A stretch of 64,000 nucleotides of DNA, from positions 21,328,001 through 21,392,000 of the forward strand of contig CAIIXF020000001.1 of assembly GCA_903813345.2 (NCBI GenBank), in the 5' to 3' direction. How positions within the stretch are numbered: the first letter of the stretch is position 1; every line of letters begins with the position of its first letter. Positions 57,351 to 64,000 of the stretch are shown here, in pieces. The notes under the pieces are model-generated. The model saw only the letters and a list, made by a program, of their open reading frames with translations, did no database searches and was not told the DNA's origin. The translations under genes were made by a program, and so were the position numbers. Source of the DNA: Owenia fusiformis. Taxonomy: Eukaryota.

Positions 57351-58190
57351 ATAACTTTGTTCGCTTTGGCGTTGCTGTTGTCTAGTTTTCTTCGGTACAC
57401 AGTAACACGGAGAGTGTGGGAGGGTAGATTTTCCTTTCGGTCAGTTCTAGTATCTGTTCCAGTGCCTGTGGGGAAAAGATAACAAAAATGTTACAAAACA
57501 GATCAAGGAAACGAAACATCTATTCATCTCTTACCAGGACTTGAGGACTATAATCATGGAGTCTTATTTTGTCCATCCATTGGATTATAGATGTGGTAGT
57601 TTTGGAATGTTTATCTGACAAAAATAGTATACCAATCTCAATAAATTTTTTAGTATTTTTGGATTCTTTGTCTGGGTTTGTCGGCACAATGAGAACATTT
57701 TTGCATTGAATTGCAATTTTTACATGTTATGTACATATTTCAACCATCAACAAATCTTCCATCTATTGGTTATTTGATGAAATGTACTCTAAAAACTAAA
57801 ACATAACATTCTGCCGATAAATTTAGCCAATTAGACTTTGATCCAAATCAGGACTTTCATTAGGAGTCCAAGAATGTATTGAAGGTTGTTATTTTAGTGT
57901 GAAGGACACGCTCCAAACTTCCAAATCGTAATCATATAGAAAAAGTATGTTCATTATCCCATGGCTAAAATCGTGGTACTTGATAAACATCTAAGAGTAC
58001 AACCAGTTAGGAAAACAAACCCCAAATATCCCAAACTTTGATCGAATTGTGGAGATTAAGTTATTCTTTAAGTATTTCTAGCTTCTTAGCAAAGCCATTT
58101 TTTAAAATTACCAACATAAATAAAATTGCCACCCTGTACTCCATTCAGAGATTTATTGATAGAATAACATATTTAAAATGCTGCTAATGC

Positions 58191-58826
58191 AGTAGCCTTG
58201 CCCAAGTCGGTCTCTTTACTTATCTTGATTTCTATTATGACTGCCTTGTACCCAAGAGAAAGCCATGTGCTTTACCAACCCAATGTTTATGTCGGTAAAA
58301 TTTGACCACTCAACGACAGCCCTTACGCGTTAGCTAATTATTATGCACGGTCAAAAACAAGTACACTTTTCACCGGGACACCGGAATTCAAATGATCTAG
58401 GCTGAGATTCAATCACTGATATCAGATCGACGACTACATGGCTAGGTCTTCGTGCATTTTCATCGGTAATTCAGTTTTAAATCAACATTGAATTGCATGA
58501 TTTAATTTTTTATATTAATGACTGTTTACATTGATTCCAATGTACATTTATTAATTACATAATATTGTAACTCTGAAGAAACACTCGATCAGATCAATGA
58601 ATTTCAAGTCGTAGACATGTTATGTTTATGCAGGTCAACCTAATAACGTTTCGATTAGTCAATCAGCCTAAGTCACACGTCGTGTCCATGCGATCTTGTC
58701 AATCAATATGGTTTCGCGATACCTTTGACAGCGTAGGTATTATGGAAATCTCGAAACCACTGAATAACTAAAGCATAATATCAGAGATATTGAAATAAAA
58801 AAAATACCGACTTGGGCAAGGCTACT
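58191..58826. mobile_element. Non-autonomous TIR element, superfamily unclear
   Basis: agtagccttgcccaagtcggt ... accgacttgggcaaggctact, with (ct)aatgc repeated in both flanks. Confidence 0.7.
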
Positions 58827-61800
58827 AATGCTGTAGACTTACCAAATTTTAACAGTCCAGATAAAACTGAGACCATGGCTATATTATTATGTAATTTTAT
58901 TAAGTTTCTATTTCTGATATTGCCTGATATTAAAACACATGTAGTTTTAAATGTTTTGCTGTATCTGACAAAGTGCAATGGCCTCTAAGAATATATCATG
59001 TTATTATTATATTACTTTGCCTTCCAAATAAAAAACTTCAATTTATGGGTTATCTATGAGTCTACTCTCTGGTGATAGTTCATTCTTTTGTACCCTAATA
59101 TACTCCTCGATTCATTGGGGAATTGTAGATGCTTTCGTTCTTGATATCTCAGTACTTACTTATCCCAAATTCTCTGGCAGGCAAAAGTGCACCGAAGGAT
59201 GTGAACAAATGATTATAAAATGAGTCACTTGTTTTACAGATGAGTACACTACACTTACCTGGTGTTATTGACAAGGAATGGATTTGTATATCAGATACAC
59301 AACTTTATAGAGTGTATTTAGTAAGAGGAAAGGAATATGTATTTTATTTCGAAGGATATTTAGAGGAAAATATGATATTGAACCGAAGGGCTAAAGTGAA
59401 ATTTTTTTTATTAGAATATACATATACAGATTAGATGTAGAACCTCATGGGATGGGATATATCATCTGTTATGTACAGTCAGTTTTGGATACAGGGTTTA
59501 TCCTGAGGGAAATATATAAATTTTCCTCAGTCCCATACACTTATTTCCTTGGGAATAAATCCGGTGTTCAAAACCTCCCAGTTCATAACCCTTATTTATA
59601 TATCCTACCAGAAAGATCTGGTCATTTATTGAAATGAAGCAATCTTTGTACATGCATATATTATATTGTGTGATGTCTACTTATTATTTTTGGAAAATGA
59701 TATTTTATATTATAACAATAATTGTTATGAGGTACACAGTACTTGAACAAGTATAAGCCTTATGTTGACTCTCCAAATTGCTTATAATTATTGTACTGAT
59801 ATATTATAGGGAAATAATTGTCTGGAACGTGTAGGCGATATAGTATAGAAAACCTTATAACTTTTATCTTACAATATTACAGGAAACAAGTCCGTAATAA
59901 AACCGGAGAAAATAGTATTACATGTATATATAGTCAATGCATGTATGTTTTGGACTTGGAGACAAATTAAAGATGATATTAGTTTTTGTTATTATATATA
60001 TATGAGTTAATATCTTACATATCACCAAGTCTTGTAGTAAGCTATTGAATAATGCTGCAGAAAGTAATATTCAGTTAAGAGTGGATCTTAGGAAGAACAG
60101 AGATGCAACATATTGATTGCCTAGAAACAAAGGATATAAAATTGTAATAATTACGTATCTAGGATGGATAAACGACTACGGAGGAAATTAACATCATCTC
60201 GGTACAATTGTTTTTATCATTTTCTGCTGGTTTATGCGACTGCGTAATTAAACACAACTTTACCTTGTTTATACATGCTGTTATGATATTGGTCATATAT
60301 ATTCATACATCCGATACCTTTTTATATACCAGCTTCTGCAGTATGAAATAAATGTTGTAGTCTAAGATCATGGCCAGGTGCAGGGTGACTTTCATACAAA
60401 ACACTTATTTGTGTTTGTGACCTCTATCTTACTCAAATGAATATTTCATATCATGGGCATATTTCATCTATGGTTATATAATCGTATACTTTTTTTATTA
60501 TTATTTACCCTTAATATGTTTTGATTATTAATCTAAGGAATCACCATCTTGGGGGCCACTAATGATGCTATCTCAAAACTGTTTTATGGTTATAAAATGG
60601 TTACACCATGCCTCATATCTTCAAATGAGTTTTGTGATCAACATGTATATTGTATCATACAGAGAATCTTATGAGTGCATCATTTCCTTTAAACCTATAA
60701 ACCTTTTTTGCTTGCTTTTGCCATCTCCCATTGTCAAGAAAACTTTCAAAATCACACAGTTTGACAAAAGTTTGCTTTGAGCCTGTCATGTTTCTTTCTT
60801 GATATACAATGTTGATGTTAGTTTCGGTCATGTGAAGAGCATAAAAATAATACATATTTTGTGTGAATTGAGCAAAATTTGTCAAAATTAGAGCTATTTT
60901 AGTGGGAAATTCTGTGAATGTTATAATATCCAACACTAAAGTTAAAGTAATACATAATATGAGACCTACGGATTGCCTAAGAGAATCATTTCGTAACATG
61001 CTATTGTGTTCGATGGTTCAATTTAACAGCTGAAGGGCATTCAGAGTAATTTTACAAAGGAGGCAATTTGAGTGAGCTAACCAGTTTGAGACTAGCATCA
61101 TCTTCACGTGTCTTATATTGTCACACATAATTGCATCATGTCTATGCACAGAGAACTATTTACATATATTCCTCTACGTTTCAGTGTATATTATGCTCTC
61201 CAAGTGATCTCAGGACCTGCTTCAAAGATCCACTTCCGTTTTAGTTCAAAGACACATTAAATGAAAAACAGTAAAAAAAAGTCAGCCTTCAAACCCAGCT
61301 TATCTTGTAGAAAATTTAATTTTACGTAAAAAGTAATCAGTTTTGGCGATGTAGATGAGAGAATGAATATTAAAAACGATATGAATTATATGTAAATAGT
61401 GTCTATGGGGTTGGTTGTTGTTGTTTCTTCCCATGTGATATTTTATGTTATAGGATCACTACCCTTATTATATATCACCAGTAAGTAATTAGGAAATGTT
61501 TCAACACATGTTTTAGCTTGTGTTACAAATCAGGAATCATCTCATGTAACACATTCTCTGATTGGCTAAATAAAGGTCATTGGACAAAAAATGTCTTCCC
61601 TGTGATGGTTATTAGTGTTCTATTAGACTCTGAATAACAGGATTAAATATATGCTTTTGAGGCTGATGAGATCTAAATAACCGAACAGGAGCTGTCATGG
61701 TTTTTTAATGAGAGTTATATTATGGAATGATGATGTTGATGTTTAAATATAAAATTGAAATTATTGAAAAGGTACTGTTGATTATTTTAATATCCTGACT

Positions 61801-62220
61801 TCGGAATGAGGCCCCAAGCTGCCTGATTCATTGGTATACACTGTGCCACATTTCTAAAGTTTCAATATTTCCTGTTCATTGATTATTATCACAGAAAAGT
61901 GCTATATTGCCATCATGTTGTGCTGATGGGTATGTGAATATGCGTACATGGACCACATGAATTCAATCCTGTCGTCAAATTCCAGGAAAACCTCTTACCT
62001 GATCAACTTCAAAAGCAGACTAGTGCAGAGATCAGCACTAAGAAAAAAGAAAATTACAGTTTGGACCATAAATAAATAAGTAGTTGATTTTCTATCACCA
62101 TTTCCAAACCATGGCGGTTTGAAAACCCATAGTTTCCAATATTGGTTGGATCATACCCCCTAAAATTTGCACCATAACAAATTTTAGAAAATATTTATAG
62201 TTCAGTTTCTGTATTTGTAG

Positions 62221-62340
62221 GGTCCCTACCCCGGAGCCCCAGCAGGGGTTATATAAAGTAATGAGTGCACTGGGGAATCTGTTGGCGCGGAAACGCAAGA
62301 ATTCTGGAGGTAGTGGGGATGGCAAACAGCAGTCACAGAT
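62221..62340 (+). CDS. Probable exon of an unidentified gene continuing beyond the window
   Basis: GC-rich 120-nt segment between tttgtag| and |gtaagt with an open frame VPTPEPQQGLYKVMSALGNLLARKRKNSGGSGDGKQQSQ (ATG at 62261). Confidence 0.5.
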
Positions 62341-62459
62341 GTAAGTTAAAATTGATGTTTTACCACTTATGAATTCTGCTTTCCTAAGTCTGACTCTCAC
62401 TCTTCTGTAAGAAAGTTTGTCACAATCACAAGTTTTTAAGGAACTGCGAGGCCCGGGGG

Positions 62460-62680
62460 CCACCAATGTGTCTCCCCACTAGTAAGCAAAGAATTGTGAG
62501 GGTGTGAGTCCACCAAAATGTGTCTCCCCACATGTGTGTTAAGAATTGTGAGAATGGGAGTCTACCAAAGTGTCTCTTACCCATACTTGTGTAAAGAATT
62601 GTGAGGGGGGGGGGGTCTACCAAAGTTGGTTGTCTTGTGCATATGGAACTTTGATGGTGGGGGTCCACAAAGAGTGTATG
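62460..62680 (+). repeat. Degenerate tandem repeat, about 52-bp period
   Basis: c(c/t)accaa...tgtctc...aagaattgtgag recurs three to four times. Confidence 0.7.
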
Positions 62681-64000
62681 TAAGGAATTTTTGATCTCCT
62701 CCCAAATGTACAATTTAGCATTGCTTACCCTTTTTCAACAGTAAAATATATGCCTTCGTTGGTTAATCAAATATTGTGTTGAATCACTGTTTAAGGGTAG
62801 TAATTTTATTTTATTTTATACAATGTCAACCATGCTGTAGCAACAGATACAATATGCCTCTGTTATATGAATCAACATAGATAACTGACATGACAAAAAC
62901 AGGTATTATCACATTTGAAAGGGCTGTATTGTTGTTGACTTTTGCCATGTTGGCGAGTGACACAAGAAACCTTTATCAAGGTAGAAAAGAAACTGCTTCT
63001 ATGATTGAATTATTTTCAGATGTAAAAGCATACCTATACCAAAATCTGATTAGGTTTTGGGCATGCTGGGTAATTTACAAGATACGTTTTCCTTACGAAT
63101 TACGATATTTCTCACTTCGTGTGTTGTATATGTAAGTGTCATTATCTCATATGGCAAATTGGCAGATAATTGATTCCTTATTATTATTGTGTGTTATATA
63201 CACATATAATGATATCTTATATAACTCAGGGGATGGTAACATCACCACTGACAGCTAAGAAGTGACAACATTTTTTATGTCACCACCAGAAGTGGAAACA
63301 TATTGTTATAGTCTCTCCAAGTTTTTTGTAGACAGTGCTTGGCACTCAGCATCTGTAACAAATGGCTGGTGGTGGTATTTTCATGTTAATGCCTTTCATG
63401 ATAACTGTTGGGCTCATACAGTTCTTTCTGTTGTGATTTATCTTGCTAGTTATAAACTTCTTTATATATGCTGACTTATATGACTAATGTCACATCTACA
63501 CAATAGTTATTGATTAAAATTGCTCAATTTTCAATGCTGACATCAAAGGATGTTTTATTATCCATATTAACAACATTCCTTCAAATATAGATTGAATCGA
63601 TAATTGCAAAGCATACTTTATATTAAATGAGCTCCTATCGAAGAACAGAATCACCCAAAAATTTGATACTGATTATTATTAATATATGTCATCTAAGATA
63701 ACAGGAAGTACTAACAATCAACCCACTTGTTATATTCAAACTAAACAAGTCACCAGACAAATTAAAAAGTGCATTTATATCTTCTAGTCTACCTACCTTT
63801 ATTACTAGAAGTCCCATATTATATTATCTAATGATGAATGGACTGGAGGAGACTGATTAAAAGCAAAACCCACACACTTTTCCCAAAACAAGCATTGTTC
63901 TAATTGCAGATATATTAAATGATATACAATAAGGAGAAACGATGGTAAAGCAGAATTTGATGTGCTAGGATTTGATAGAAATTTTCATTTTTATTTGTTG

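Noticed and set aside
56038-57482. Several 65-130 aa ORFs
   Set aside because: No recognisable domains; largely within repeat-derived sequence.

Overview
AT-rich, intron-rich animal genomic DNA, probably a marine invertebrate; the species cannot be determined from the sequence. Five spliced protein-coding genes were reconstructed by hand with canonical GT-AG junctions and consistent phases. (1) TTI1, minus strand, running off the window start. (2) Mitochondrial-type L-threonine 3-dehydrogenase (TDH), plus strand. (3) A complete Sulfotransfer_3-type sulfotransferase nested antisense in the 11.9-kb last intron of TDH. (4) A sphingosine-1-phosphate-lyase-family gene with bacterial-like motifs, plus strand. 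(5) FBXO10, minus strand, ending in a CaaX box. There is also a probable exon of a sixth, unidentified plus-strand gene near 62.3 kb. Introns and intergenic DNA hold a 5'-truncated CR1-like LINE, a decayed mariner and many non-autonomous TIR elements with readable target-site duplications (TSDs). The most unusual structures are tandem arrays that amplify the exon end plus splice donor at two consecutive TTI1 exons (one array in frame, 84 bp), and the nesting TDH intron > sulfotransferase > 9-bp-TSD element > tRNA-like core and large palindrome.
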